Shown piece by piece: positions 1-9,752 of a stretch of DNA of 64,000 bases (the stretch's first letter is position 1; the number at the start of each line of letters is the position of its first letter). Position numbers and translations under genes: made by a program. The notes under the pieces were generated by a model. That model was not told where the DNA came from. It saw only the letters and a program-made list of their open reading frames with translations, and did no database searches. Source of the DNA: Candidatus Moraniibacteriota bacterium (GTDB lineage Bacteria > Patescibacteriota > Minisyncoccia > Moranbacterales > UBA1568); the NCBI GenBank assembly GCA_030648835.1, contig JAUSGT010000002.1:309458-373457 (forward strand), written 5' to 3'.

Positions 1-389
1 TTCTCGTGCGACATCCATTTCCCGGTCCCGGTCTCATTGTTCGGATTGAAGGAGAAATTACGCGCGAGAAACTCGCTATGGCGCGGCAACTCGATGGTAT
101 CTACATCGAAGAACTGCGCCGATTCGGCCTTTATCATCTGGTTTGGCAAGCCGGTGTCGTGGTGACACTATCGGAGCATACCTATACGAAAGGGGATGAT
201 GCCGGTATGGGCGTCGTGGTGATCTATTGGGCAGTGTGGAGTGTCAACGGATTTACGGCTCAAGCCGCAGAACTGCCACATGAGTTCCATAAGGTGATTC
301 AGCGACGTTTCGGTAACGAGGTATCCGGTATCGGCGCGACGGCTTATCGTACATCCAACAAGCCCTATTCCACCATCGAGTGGGGTTAG
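1..389 (+). CDS. guaA: GMP synthase, C-terminal part (gene starts before the window)
   Basis: RHPFPGPGL motif and terminal KPYSTIEWG, matching the GuaA C-terminal KPPxTIEWE motif. Confidence 0.85.
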   Translation, partial: LVRHPFPGPGLIVRIEGEITREKLAMARQLDGIYIEELRRFGLYHLVWQAGVVVTLSEHTYTKGDDAGMGVVVIYWAVWSVNGFTAQAAELPHEFHKVIQRRFGNEVSGIGATAYRTSNKPYSTIEWG

Positions 390-598
390 GAAACTATTTC
401 ATATTGAAGAAAGGAGAACAACAAGCTCAAGGGGGATTCAGTCGCGCGAATGTGCGTGAGTGAATCCTTTTTCTTTTTGTGTAATTTCGTTGACTGTCAG
501 GAGAACTTTTGCTAGTCTGAAATATGGTCTTTAAAAATTAGCAGTTTAAGGCTTATTTAAGCCTTACTTTTTTAACCGTTTTTCCAGAGGAGGTTGCG

Positions 599-1297
599 AT
601 GAGCAGAAAATCCAAGCTGAACCTTATACTGATAGCCTCTGGACGAGGAACGGACGCGACTGCCATTATGGCTGCCTGGAGGAACGGACGGATACCGGAA
701 GTCAGTAATATCATTCTGGTAAGTACGTGCGCGGAGGCTGAGTGTCTGGAGAGGGCGGCCGAACATGGTGTGAAAGCGATCACCTTGGTGCCGCCGAATA
801 ATCCTCTGACCTCCGAAGATATGCCAATCTATCAAGACGCCCTTGCGCAGGTTGTGAAAGAGCATGATGCTGACATGATTTTCCTCGTCGGCTGCAATGT
901 GATCATGCCACTTATTATGGGCGTGCCTATGTTCAATATTCATCCGGCACATACTATCCTGCATGGTGGTTACAGAATGCATGGTCTGAGGCCGCACCTG
1001 CATGTTCTTGCTGCGATTCAGGATGAAATCAGTCGCGGGATGAAAAAGCTCGGTCGGGATACGTTTTTTACCTACCCTACGGTGCACGAGGTAACAGAAG
1101 TGGTCGATGGCGGGCCGCCGTTGCTCCAGGTACCTGTCGAAATTCCTGAGGAAATAATTCGTTGGTACGATATTTCCAAAGTGGGTGCGGCCGAACTGCT
1201 GCAGAAGCACGTGTTGCCGTTCGAGTGGGAGATGCTGCCAAAGGCTGTCAGTCTGGCAGCTGGCCAAATACTTTCCGGAAGCCGTTCCATTCCGTAA
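599..1297 (+). CDS. purN: Phosphoribosylglycinamide formyltransferase
   Basis: ASGRGT phosphate loop, NIHP, TVHxV..VDGGP motifs; GGAGG SD; purine cluster context. Confidence 0.85.
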   Translation: MSRKSKLNLILIASGRGTDATAIMAAWRNGRIPEVSNIILVSTCAEAECLERAAEHGVKAITLVPPNNPLTSEDMPIYQDALAQVVKEHDADMIFLVGCNVIMPLIMGVPMFNIHPAHTILHGGYRMHGLRPHLHVLAAIQDEISRGMKKLGRDTFFTYPTVHEVTEVVDGGPPLLQVPVEIPEEIIRWYDISKVGAAELLQKHVLPFEWEMLPKAVSLAAGQILSGSRSIP

Positions 1298-1332
1298 TTT
1301 TTTCTGTGTAGTCAATCGAGAAGGAAATCACC

Positions 1333-1563
1333 ATGCAATTTGCAGTCACGAGAAAGCACAGCGAGAAGGGAGCGGTTCAGCTCGTCCGTATTTTGGATAC
1401 TGCAACTATGGAAGCGGCAGCGGCAGAGCTCAATATTCCGTTTGATCGTCTCCATGAGTGCATCGGCGTGAATGATGTGCCCTTCAAGCGTGGGTTTGCG
1501 GGGGACGGAGCCTGGGCATATCATGTCGCTCACATCGATGGAGTCGTTCCGGTCGTCGTCTGA
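1333..1563 (+). CDS. Hypothetical protein (76 aa)
   Basis: AAGGA SD upstream, follows purN; no recognised motif. Confidence 0.55.
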   Translation: MQFAVTRKHSEKGAVQLVRILDTATMEAAAAELNIPFDRLHECIGVNDVPFKRGFAGDGAWAYHVAHIDGVVPVVV

Positions 1564-1649
1564 TCAGCTCCACCTAATTACAAGTTTTTTGTTTCAAATC
1601 TTTGCCGTTGGCCAACTGTATTATGAATACGGCCAGCGGTTTTTCTTTT

Positions 1650-1678
1650 TTGCCTATTTTAAGGCATTTTGATAGACT
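1650..1678 (+). promoter_or_regulatory. Sigma70-type promoter of purL
   Basis: TTGCCT-17 bp-TAGACT; very similar to the purM promoter at 5276-5304. Confidence 0.5.
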
Positions 1679-1819
1679 ATCAGGTCCTGCTATGGCAGGT
1701 TTAGGCTCTTTGACAACTTGTATTCTAACAAAGAGCGACACAGCATTTTAGCTTGTGGAGGCCATTTCGACCTTCACGCAGTCTTTGTAATTTAGTGTAG
1801 TCAACCAGAGGAGAAAACC

Positions 1820-4564
1820 ATGATCATCACTCGAATCATCACCGTGCCGAACAAGCCGGGAGTGACTCCGGATATTTATCGAATCATCAATCTGGAAACG
1901 AACGAGCCTATTCTGGATGTCGCGGCGCTTCACTCATTGTTTTCCGATGGCATCACGACGCGCGTTGCGGAAGCGATGCCGTCCGATCCGTCAGTGAAAT
2001 TCAAGGAAGTGATGTATCAGAACGGCGTCATCGATCCGCAGGAAACGATGATTATCGAACTCTGCGCCAAGCGGGGCGTCACAGTCGACGCGGTGAAAGT
2101 GGGCTATCGGTATTATGGAAAACGTATGGATGGCCTGTATGTGAACAAGGCCGTGCATATCGCCTACACCGCAGAGCCACAGCTTTCGACGCTCAAACCG
2201 CGCGGGGTTCGTCAGGAGACGCAGTATTATGATCTCCGCGCGATGGGCGACGCAGAGCTCACACAGTTGAGCAAAAATCGTGAGCTGCATCTTTCGCTTT
2301 CGCAGATGAAGAAGTTGGTGCAGTTTCAGGGGAGACTCGGCCTCTTTGTAGTGTCCGACGTCTATCTGGAAACATTCGCCGCTTTTTGGAGCGAACACTG
2401 CTTCCATACTTTGTGGAAAGCACTCGGTCTGTTCCAGATGCTCAAGGATGCAACGGCGAAGATCAACAATCCCAATCTGTTGTCGGCGTTTATCGACAAT
2501 GCCGGCGTGTGGGATTTTTACGATGGGTTGGCTCTCCTGTTCAAACTCGAGACGCACAATTCTCCCACGCAGTCTGAGCCTTTCGGCGGACAGATGACAA
2601 AACTGGGTGGGGTTATTCGGGACATTCTGGAAAACGGTCTCGGAGCCAAACCGATCGGCAATGTGGAACTTACCGTCATCGGTGAGCGGGTTCGCAAGCG
2701 CTACCCGAAATTGGAAGGAGCCATGTCGGCGTCCGTGATAGCTCGGGAGACCGTGCGTGCCATTGCTGGTTACGGAAACCCGATGGGTATTCCGATGGAT
2801 TTGGCGCGTATGATGAATCACCCGGACTATAGCGGCAAGCCGTTCGCGTTGGGCGGCACTGTCGGTATTACGACCCATGCCGCGGCGAAAAAAGGTACGC
2901 CGCACAAAGGCGACTTGGTAGTACTCGTCGGCGGACGAACCGGCAATGACGGATTGCACGGAGCGACTATCAGTTCTGGCGGGATCACCGAAAAAACCGA
3001 TACCGGAGACAGCACGCATGTGCAAATCGGTCTCCCGTATACGGAACAAAAAATGATGCGGGCCGGAGTCGCGCTCCGTGACGCGGGATGCTGCAGCGCG
3101 CGCAATGACTTTGGCGCGGCCGGAATCGTGTCGTGTTTTGGTGAAATGGGCAAGGGTACCGATGGAGTGGGTGGCATTATCGTCAATCTCGCCCTGGTAC
3201 CGCTCAAATGCGCCGATATGGCACGTTGGCAGATCGCTCTCTCCGAAAGCCAGGAGCGGTTCGGTCATGCGGTAAAGCCGGAAAAATACGCTGAGGCCAT
3301 GGCTATTTACGAAAAGTACGGGCTGGAAGCGACAGTCATCGGTGTGTTTACCGACAGCGGCCGATTCCAGATGTTCTCTGATCCCGGCGTCGTTCCTAGC
3401 GTCGGTATGCAGCTGTCCGGAGAAATCGATTTGGATGTGCCGTATGCGTATTTTGACGAGTGTCCCTTGCCTTCAGTCGAGGTACGGGCGCCGGCAGAGA
3501 AGACGCAGATGGCAACATACCCGGAAATCACGCTTGGGAATGTGGAAGCAATGGGACTCGCAGTCGTTGGACACTTTGATGTCTGCGATCAATCCTCGGC
3601 GACGACACAGTATGATTCCACAGTGCAGGGCATCACGTATCAGGGCCCGCTTTACGGAGAAAATTACAACGTTGCTTCGTCACTTGCGGTTCTCCGTCCG
3701 GTGTTCGGGAAACCTTACGGCGCTACGGTCAGTATCAGTTTTTCACCGTGGCATTTCGAAGCGGATCCGGTCAGCGCGGCCGTCAATACCATGATGGACG
3801 CGATCGCGACCCAAGTGGTAGCCGGTGTGCAATTGCAAGACATCGCGCTGGCTGACAACTTCTATACCGATGGTGCTGATCCGGTGTCGCTGTGGTATTT
3901 GAGGGAACAAGTGAAGGCGCTTGTTGACCTTTCACTTGCTACCGGGACGCCGTTCATTACCGGCAAAGACAGTTCGGCAGGGCGCGGGACATTCGGTGGC
4001 GTTATCGTCAAAGTACCGCCGAGTGTTGCCATTACCGCTTTGGGCAAAGTGTCTGATGCGCGCCGGCTGGTTTTGCATCGGTGGAAAGGGGTAGGCAATA
4101 TACTCGTCGCTTTGGGATCGCACGCTACGCGTCTCGATGGGTCAATTCTCTCTTCGAGCCTGGGCATTACCGGGACGAAGTTGGACCGGTTTCCTATCGA
4201 AGAAGCGCAGTGTTACCTGGAGGGGATAGGAAGATTGGCGCGTCAAGGCGTTTTCATATCGGCTGTGCCAATCAACCGGGGTGGAATTTTCCTTCGTTTA
4301 TTCGAAGGCATCGAAGCTTCGGGGTTCGGATTCGAAGCGGAGATATGTACCGAACTCTTTCCGGAAAGTTTGGGAGGGGTGCTGGTGGAAGTTTCGCTGG
4401 ATGCATTGCAGACTTATCGGGGTTTTCCGGAACTCAACCCGCGAGTGGTGGGTACCATTTTGCCGGAGCGGAGGTTCGTGGTTCAAGGGAAAGTTCTCAA
4501 TCTCAATCTGCTCCGTCAAGCGTGGCAGGGTACATTCAAGGAGGTGCTTTATGGCAACACGTAG
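1820..4564 (+). CDS. purL: FGAM synthase synthetase subunit PurL with N-terminal extension (possibly PurS-like)
   Basis: WSEHC.H, ETHNSP, GGVIRD, DGLHGAT.SS, D.GAAG, SESQER and GKDS motifs. Confidence 0.92.
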   Translation: MIITRIITVPNKPGVTPDIYRIINLETNEPILDVAALHSLFSDGITTRVAEAMPSDPSVKFKEVMYQNGVIDPQETMIIELCAKRGVTVDAVKVGYRYYGKRMDGLYVNKAVHIAYTAEPQLSTLKPRGVRQETQYYDLRAMGDAELTQLSKNRELHLSLSQMKKLVQFQGRLGLFVVSDVYLETFAAFWSEHCFHTLWKALGLFQMLKDATAKINNPNLLSAFIDNAGVWDFYDGLALLFKLETHNSPTQSEPFGGQMTKLGGVIRDILENGLGAKPIGNVELTVIGERVRKRYPKLEGAMSASVIARETVRAIAGYGNPMGIPMDLARMMNHPDYSGKPFALGGTVGITTHAAAKKGTPHKGDLVVLVGGRTGNDGLHGATISSGGITEKTDTGDSTHVQIGLPYTEQKMMRAGVALRDAGCCSARNDFGAAGIVSCFGEMGKGTDGVGGIIVNLALVPLKCADMARWQIALSESQERFGHAVKPEKYAEAMAIYEKYGLEATVIGVFTDSGRFQMFSDPGVVPSVGMQLSGEIDLDVPYAYFDECPLPSVEVRAPAEKTQMATYPEITLGNVEAMGLAVVGHFDVCDQSSATTQYDSTVQGITYQGPLYGENYNVASSLAVLRPVFGKPYGATVSISFSPWHFEADPVSAAVNTMMDAIATQVVAGVQLQDIALADNFYTDGADPVSLWYLREQVKALVDLSLATGTPFITGKDSSAGRGTFGGVIVKVPPSVAITALGKVSDARRLVLHRWKGVGNILVALGSHATRLDGSILSSSLGITGTKLDRFPIEEAQCYLEGIGRLARQGVFISAVPINRGGIFLRLFEGIEASGFGFEAEICTELFPESLGGVLVEVSLDALQTYRGFPELNPRVVGTILPERRFVVQGKVLNLNLLRQAWQGTFKEVLYGNT

Positions 4565-5195
4565 AAGGGTGAGCGTGCTCTATGCGCCCGGAACCAACAC
4601 GGAGATAGAAACGATGGAAGCGCTTCGGCTCGCCGGCGGTGATCCTTACCTGGTTTTTTTGAAGGATATCATCAAAGGCAAAGTGCGGATTACGGACTGC
4701 AGCTGTTTCGTCGTCCCGGGTGGGTTCTCGTATGGGGACTATCCCGACACCGGCGTGGCAGTCGCGGAACTACTTCGTGAGCACCTTACTCTTCTCGCTG
4801 ACTCGGGAATTCCGATTATCGGGATTTGTAACGGTATGCAAACTTTGATTCGCGCCGGGGTGTTCTTCGGGTCAGGGCTGGCGATGGCCGAGAACGAGTC
4901 GGGTGATTTTGTCAGTCGGCCAGTTCTCCACCGTGTCGAAGATGCGGACTGTGTGTGGACTCGGGGGTTAGAGGGGCGAGTACTTGTCTTCCCCGCTGCT
5001 CACCGGTTTGGCAAGCTCGAAGGCACGGGCAGGGTGAACGTCGTTATGACGTATGAAGGCGCATCGCCGAGCGGGAGCAAAGTCGCGGCAATTTGCGACG
5101 ATACCGGCAGGGTGATGGCCATGATGGATCATCCGGAACGGCCGCCGGACAGCGAGCAAGGTCTTGCGATTTTTCGCAACGGTCTCACCGCCTGA
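4551..5195 (+). CDS. purQ: FGAM synthase glutaminase subunit PurQ
   Basis: PGTN.E, PGGFSYGDY, GICNG.Q and HPER catalytic motifs; ATG 4551 with AAGGAGG SD, overlapping the purL end. Confidence 0.92.
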   Translation: MATRRRVSVLYAPGTNTEIETMEALRLAGGDPYLVFLKDIIKGKVRITDCSCFVVPGGFSYGDYPDTGVAVAELLREHLTLLADSGIPIIGICNGMQTLIRAGVFFGSGLAMAENESGDFVSRPVLHRVEDADCVWTRGLEGRVLVFPAAHRFGKLEGTGRVNVVMTYEGASPSGSKVAAICDDTGRVMAMMDHPERPPDSEQGLAIFRNGLTA

Positions 5196-5222
5196 AACAG
5201 GAGGTAAAGAAAGGAGACAAAC

Positions 5223-5265
5223 GAAGCCCTGCCGGTCAACTGACCAGCAGGGTTTCTTCATTTTT
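5223..5265 (+). terminator. Intrinsic terminator after purQ
   Basis: GC-rich stem CCCTGCCGGTCA/TGACCAGCAGGG followed by a T-rich run. Confidence 0.6.
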
Positions 5266-5375
5266 ATACATAAATTTGCCTATTTAAAGCTCTTCTGATA
5301 GGGTTTAGTCACAGGAGGCTGGGTCAGCGTACCTAGTCGTTTTTTAACAGAATTGCTTATAAAAGAGGTGATGAG

Positions 5376-6545
5376 ATGGCTGATTTTGTGCGTCCTCAGG
5401 CTGACCTGTACAAACAAGACGGAGTGAATGTCCCTCTCGGTGACATTTTCAGCAAGTTTTCCGGTACCTTGTGCCAGCAAACCTATCGGAACTGTCCGCA
5501 TCTCGTTGTTCATGATCTTTCGGATGGTCTTTTCCGCGGCCCGCGTTTTTTTGAGTCGATAGGGTTGCCGACCGGAACAGGTTTTCATCTGGCGCCCGAT
5601 GGAATCGGTACCAAGCAGATCATTACGGATGCCGCCTTTCGCCACAAGCACTCGGCGCGCGATTGGGTCGCAATGTGCGCTGGCGATGTGACGCGCTATG
5701 GGGGAAATCCTGCCTTGCTCGTCAATGACTTGAGCGTCAAGTCACTTGGCGCTGATGAAGAATCCTCGACTTTCCATGCTGCCTGCAAGCTTATGCTCGG
5801 TCTCAAGGAAGTGGCTGATGAGAACGGTTATGTGATGTACAACGGTGAGACAGCAGAGCTGGGGCCGTGCATCTCTTCGGACAACCTACAGGCTACTCTG
5901 ATGTACATCTGGTCCGGAATAGTGTTTGGGTTTTTCAACCGGAAGAACGCCATTACCGGGAAAGATGTCAGGGTAGGACAAAAGATCGTTGCATTGCGGG
6001 AATTTGGCCCGCGGAGCAATGGTGGTTCAAGTATGCGCAAAGCGTTCAATATGCGGTTTGGCAGCAACTGGTATGCGGAAAACGAGGCCCAAGCGTACAT
6101 TCAGAAGGCAGCTGAGCCGTCAGCTCTCTATGATAACTTCCTTGCCTACATGAATGGCTGGTCTTCGGATGACCTGTCCCCAATCGTGAAATCGTCGCTC
6201 ATCGTCCATCTGACAGGAGGGTCATTTCGTGGGAAGTTCTATGAAGACTTTCTAAAGCGTCATGGCTTTTCGGCCGTGCTTGACGACCTTTACGATCCGC
6301 CGGAAATCCTGCAGTTGTGTGGTAACTGGCGTGGTTTCGATTCGGCTGGCTTTTATGACACTTTCCACGGCGGTCAGGGGGTCATCGTTGTGATGGATAA
6401 GGAAGATGTCAGCGGGTATATTCGTTCTGCAATTGCAGCGGGACATGAGGCCAAGGAGTGCGGCGAAATTACAGACCGTTCTGGGGAGCCTCAACTCATC
6501 ATTGACTCCAAATTCAAGAAGGGAGAAACGGTAACGATTCCATAG
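5376..6545 (+). CDS. purM: AIR synthase (PurM family), divergent
   Basis: DGIGTK, D.VAM..D, GETAE, SNG, HLTGG motifs. Confidence 0.85.
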   Translation: MADFVRPQADLYKQDGVNVPLGDIFSKFSGTLCQQTYRNCPHLVVHDLSDGLFRGPRFFESIGLPTGTGFHLAPDGIGTKQIITDAAFRHKHSARDWVAMCAGDVTRYGGNPALLVNDLSVKSLGADEESSTFHAACKLMLGLKEVADENGYVMYNGETAELGPCISSDNLQATLMYIWSGIVFGFFNRKNAITGKDVRVGQKIVALREFGPRSNGGSSMRKAFNMRFGSNWYAENEAQAYIQKAAEPSALYDNFLAYMNGWSSDDLSPIVKSSLIVHLTGGSFRGKFYEDFLKRHGFSAVLDDLYDPPEILQLCGNWRGFDSAGFYDTFHGGQGVIVVMDKEDVSGYIRSAIAAGHEAKECGEITDRSGEPQLIIDSKFKKGETVTIP

Positions 6546-6634
6546 CGGTGGCAACATTGCGGTGCGCTCGGTCTTGGCTGATAGTAACATCATCAGTCGG
6601 GGCCGAGCGATTTTTTTATCCACCATTTATTTTC

Positions 6635-6718
6635 TTGACAAGCTTTTAAGGCAGATGTATTATTCACTATGTAAGTAGGGTAAACTGTATTATTACGATA
6701 TGTAGATGTTACATATCG
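6635..6718 (+). promoter_or_regulatory. lexA promoter and palindromic putative operator
   Basis: TTGACA-17-TATTAT at 6635-6663; perfect inverted repeat CGATATGTA-N5-TACATATCG at 6696-6718. Confidence 0.5.
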
Positions 6719-6736
6719 CTGTAAACACAAAAGCAT

Positions 6737-7387
6737 ATGCAAATTTTAACTCAGAAGCAGAAGATCGTCTTGCAGGCGATCAAGACGTATTTTACCGAGA
6801 ACGGTGTAATGCCGACGGTGCGGGAAATCAAGAGCGAGACGGGAAAACTCGGGCTCAAATTGAAGAGCCTGCGTAGCTTTTTTCTCTATTTGAACGCGCT
6901 CGAGGACAAGGGGTACATCGAGCGGACGAGCGAGGACAGAGGGATACTTTTGAAGGGCGTGAATGCGGATACGTTCATCCAGGTGCCGGTGTTTGGCGCA
7001 TCGAGCGCGGGCGCGGCGACGATGTTTGCCGACCAGTACATCGAGGGTTATCTCAGGGTGTCCAAGCGTTTGGTAAAAGATCGAAACGTTTTTGCGGTGC
7101 AAGTCTCCGGGACGTCGATGAACAAGGCGAAAGTGAATGGAAAAACCATTCAGAGCGGGGATTTCATTTTGGTGGACGCGCAGACGAAGGAATATCGGAA
7201 TGGCGACCGTGTTCTCGTGGTGATCGATGGATTGGCGACGGTGAAGACGTATCGATCGCTCGATGGCAAGATGATTGCCTTGCTTCCGGAATCCACGGAC
7301 AAGATACACAAACCGATTTTTCTCACTCCCGAAGACAATTTTGTCATCAACGGCAGGGTAATCGATGTGCTCAAAATGCCGAGATAG
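6737..7387 (+). CDS. lexA: LexA-family repressor
   Basis: N-terminal wHTH (LTQKQ..PTVREI), Ala-Gly cleavage site, S24 Ser (GTSM) and Lys (TVK). Confidence 0.85.
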   Translation: MQILTQKQKIVLQAIKTYFTENGVMPTVREIKSETGKLGLKLKSLRSFFLYLNALEDKGYIERTSEDRGILLKGVNADTFIQVPVFGASSAGAATMFADQYIEGYLRVSKRLVKDRNVFAVQVSGTSMNKAKVNGKTIQSGDFILVDAQTKEYRNGDRVLVVIDGLATVKTYRSLDGKMIALLPESTDKIHKPIFLTPEDNFVINGRVIDVLKMPR

Positions 7388-7578
7388 AGCATGATTGAAC
7401 GTGGATAATTATGGCTTATAATAGCCTTTAAATTATTTTTCTCTTGCTTATTTCTTAAAAGCACTTTTATTTTGATGTATAATGAGGGTGTATAAAAAGG
7501 AATAAATCACGCAGTAAGAGTCTGCTAAAACAGGCTCCAGGGTCGATACCGGCGTTTTAAAAAATAAATGTAAAACAT

Positions 7579-7794
7579 ATGAAATTACACAATGTCACTT
7601 TTATCCTTCTGGTGGTAGGGGGACTCAATTGGTTAGCAGTAGGTTTGTTTAATTGGGATATCAGCGCAGTGCTCGGTGGTCCGGCATCGCTCGTTTCCAA
7701 AGCAGTCTACGTGCTTGTCGGCCTCTCAGCTGTTTATGAGGTGGTAGCTCATAAGGAGAACTGCAAGGCTTGTACATCGGCACCGTCGGTGTAG
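7579..7794 (+). CDS. DUF378-family small membrane protein
   Basis: LVVGGLNW..VGLF...VYVLVGLSAVY pattern. Confidence 0.8.
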   Translation: MKLHNVTFILLVVGGLNWLAVGLFNWDISAVLGGPASLVSKAVYVLVGLSAVYEVVAHKENCKACTSAPSV

Positions 7795-7817
7795 TACGAT
7801 TTTCTTTACAGAAAACA

Positions 7818-7868
7818 CCCTGAGCCTGTTCACCTTGGTGAAAGCCTTAGCGAGACAGGTCGAAGGGT
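7818..7868. repeat. REP-like CCCTGAGCCTG..TCGAAGGG palindrome with a nested insert
   Basis: Related uninterrupted copy near 42333-42352; both sit inside terminator-like stems. Confidence 0.5.
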
Positions 7869-7932
7869 GTTTTGTTTTTGACGAAGAGACGGATTTGTGG
7901 GAGGCTGAAGGGGGTAAAGAATAAGGAACACT

Positions 7933-8460
7933 ATGGCATATCTCACTACTCCACAGCTTATATTCCCGGTGGAACAGTATAAGGTAAACGGCGTACCTTT
8001 TGGCAAGCGCTCTGTTTATGAAGGCGTTTTATGGGGTTTGCACCTCGGTGAGGACTGCGAGCTGCCGGCAGGCACCGATGTGCGTTCTTGTGGTCGCGGC
8101 AGGGTGGTATATTCGGCTCTTCATCCCGGGACGAAGGAGAAGGGCAATTGGGGGCATATTATCATCATCCGTCACAAACATATCAAAACGCGTAAGACAT
8201 TCTATTCCGTTTACGCCCATCTTGGGACGTGTTTCAAGCGTATCAATGATAGAGTGGAACTGGGCGAGCCACTGGGATTCATCGGTGAAGGCAATACTCC
8301 GGAAAACGGGTTTTGGGATGCCCATTTGCACTTCGCTATCTATGTTGGGCCTTGGAAAAACGAGGTATTGCCCGGGTACTGGAAAGAAGGGGAAAAACGC
8401 ACGCGTCCGGAGTGGTGGCGAAGCCCCAGCGAATTTATTAACAACTACAAAAATCTGTAG
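7933..8460 (+). CDS. M23 family metallopeptidase
   Basis: HxxxD (HLGED), YAHL and HLHF motifs. Confidence 0.85.
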   Translation: MAYLTTPQLIFPVEQYKVNGVPFGKRSVYEGVLWGLHLGEDCELPAGTDVRSCGRGRVVYSALHPGTKEKGNWGHIIIIRHKHIKTRKTFYSVYAHLGTCFKRINDRVELGEPLGFIGEGNTPENGFWDAHLHFAIYVGPWKNEVLPGYWKEGEKRTRPEWWRSPSEFINNYKNL

Positions 8461-8478
8461 TGGTGAAATGATATTAGG

Positions 8479-8626
8479 GTGTGCGCTCGGAGGGGATCTC
8501 CCTCGACTAAACTTTTGTCGTCACAAAAGTTTGTCTGGGCGCCGCTTCGTGATTTCGTCTGTTGACGAAATAACACTTCAGCGTTCGATTCCCTACGTAC
8601 GCCAAGCAGTTGGCGTACTCCTCGTG
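8479..8626 (-). repeat. tRNA-tail element on tRNA-Arg(TCG)
   Basis: 20-bp direct repeat of the tRNA 3' end (8479-8498 = 8624-8643); anti-T-arm at 8583-8594; homologous to 33730-33894. Confidence 0.8.
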
Positions 8627-8700
8627 TGCGCTCGGAGGGGATCGAACCCCCGACCCTCTGGTTCGAAGCCAGATGCTCTAATCCACTGAGCTACGAGCGC
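8627..8700 (-). tRNA. tRNA-Arg(TCG)
   Basis: Cloverleaf GCGCTCG...CGAGCGCA, anticodon loop CT-TCG-AA. Confidence 0.93.
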
Positions 8701-8794
8701 AGATACAATACTTTTACCCTACTTTAAATACCACTCCACGTCAACAAGAGAATGGTGTATACTGGAAGCACTTTTAAGCACTAACTTTTTCAAT

Positions 8795-9562
8795 ATGACA
8801 GAGGAACAAATGAAGCAGATGAAGAGTGTGGCAGTCGTTGTGTTGGCGCTCTCGGCGGTTATTTATGTTTATCACTATGGGCGTTCCATTGATCAGGCAT
8901 ATCCGAACAAAACTTTTTCCGTTGATGGCGAGGCCAAAATGGAAACGGCTACCAATATTGCGACATTTACGGCGAGCGTCGTGACGGAAGGTGGAAAAAA
9001 TGTGGCTGATGTTCAGAAACAGAATGTGGACAAGATGAATACTATCAATGCTTTTTTGCAGGAGAAGGGTGTTGAGAAAAAAGACTTGCAGACGAGCCAG
9101 TATTCTCTGACACCGCGTTACACATATTTCCCTTGTGATGGTCGCAGTATTTGTCCGCCGGCGGTTATTTCCGGGTACACGTTGACCCAGACACTCTCTG
9201 TCAAAGTGCGCAATTTGGAATCAGTCGGTGATATCCTTTCGGGTATCGTGGAGAAGGGTGCCAACAATGTTTCTGGTATCAGTTTCACGGTAGATGACGA
9301 TACGGATGCGAAACAAGCGGCGCGGACGGAGGCTATAGCCAAAGCCAAGCTGAAGGCTGAGCAAATCGCCAAAGCCGGAAACTTTCGGATCGGAAAACTT
9401 GTTTCTTTGTATGAGGACTCCGGTGTCACTCCGGATGCCCCGACCGGTTATGGAGGCTTGGGCGGTGTCGCTATTGATGCCAAGTCGGTAGCTCCGGTAA
9501 TCGAGCCCGGTACTGCGATTGGCACGGTGCATATGAATCTCACCTACGAGATTATCAATTAA
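8795..9562 (+). CDS. SIMPL/DUF541 domain protein
   Basis: N-terminal TM; V.GEA, GY..TQTLSVKVR, GANNVSGISF, IEPG pattern. Confidence 0.85.
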   Translation: MTEEQMKQMKSVAVVVLALSAVIYVYHYGRSIDQAYPNKTFSVDGEAKMETATNIATFTASVVTEGGKNVADVQKQNVDKMNTINAFLQEKGVEKKDLQTSQYSLTPRYTYFPCDGRSICPPAVISGYTLTQTLSVKVRNLESVGDILSGIVEKGANNVSGISFTVDDDTDAKQAARTEAIAKAKLKAEQIAKAGNFRIGKLVSLYEDSGVTPDAPTGYGGLGGVAIDAKSVAPVIEPGTAIGTVHMNLTYEIIN

Positions 9563-9651
9563 TCTTATATCAAGTTGTATTGACTGGTTGTAGGTCATTT
9601 GATATGCTACGACCACTGTTTGAAGTATCCTTCAAACGAGTTCTTTTTTTT

Positions 9652-9702
9652 GGGCACATAGCTTCCGCCCAAGGCGGACCAGCCTTGGGCTGGCAGTTGG
9701 TA
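9652..9702 (+). pseudogene. Duplicated tRNA-Lys 5' fragment interrupted by a 30-bp palindromic repeat
   Basis: GGGCACATAGCT-[TCCGCCCAAGGCGGACCAGCCTTGGGCTGG]-CAGTTGGTAG matches the 5' end of tRNA-Lys at 9753. Confidence 0.65.
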
Positions 9703-9752
9703 GGTGTATATAATCTCGGATTCTTAAGTTATTTTTTGAAGTATAAGAATTT

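Noticed and set aside
1680-1819. Known purine, ZTP or PRPP riboswitch upstream of purL
   Set aside because: Consensus nucleotides were not found by eye; kept only as an unclassified structured leader.
7505-7560. Possible riboswitch upstream of the DUF378 gene
   Set aside because: Only one short hairpin and no recognisable aptamer consensus.
8000-8689. 229-aa ORF, and 33607-34215, sharing the peptide LNFCRHKSLS
   Set aside because: The shared peptide is a translation of the non-coding tRNA-tail repeat and both ORFs overlap tRNAs.
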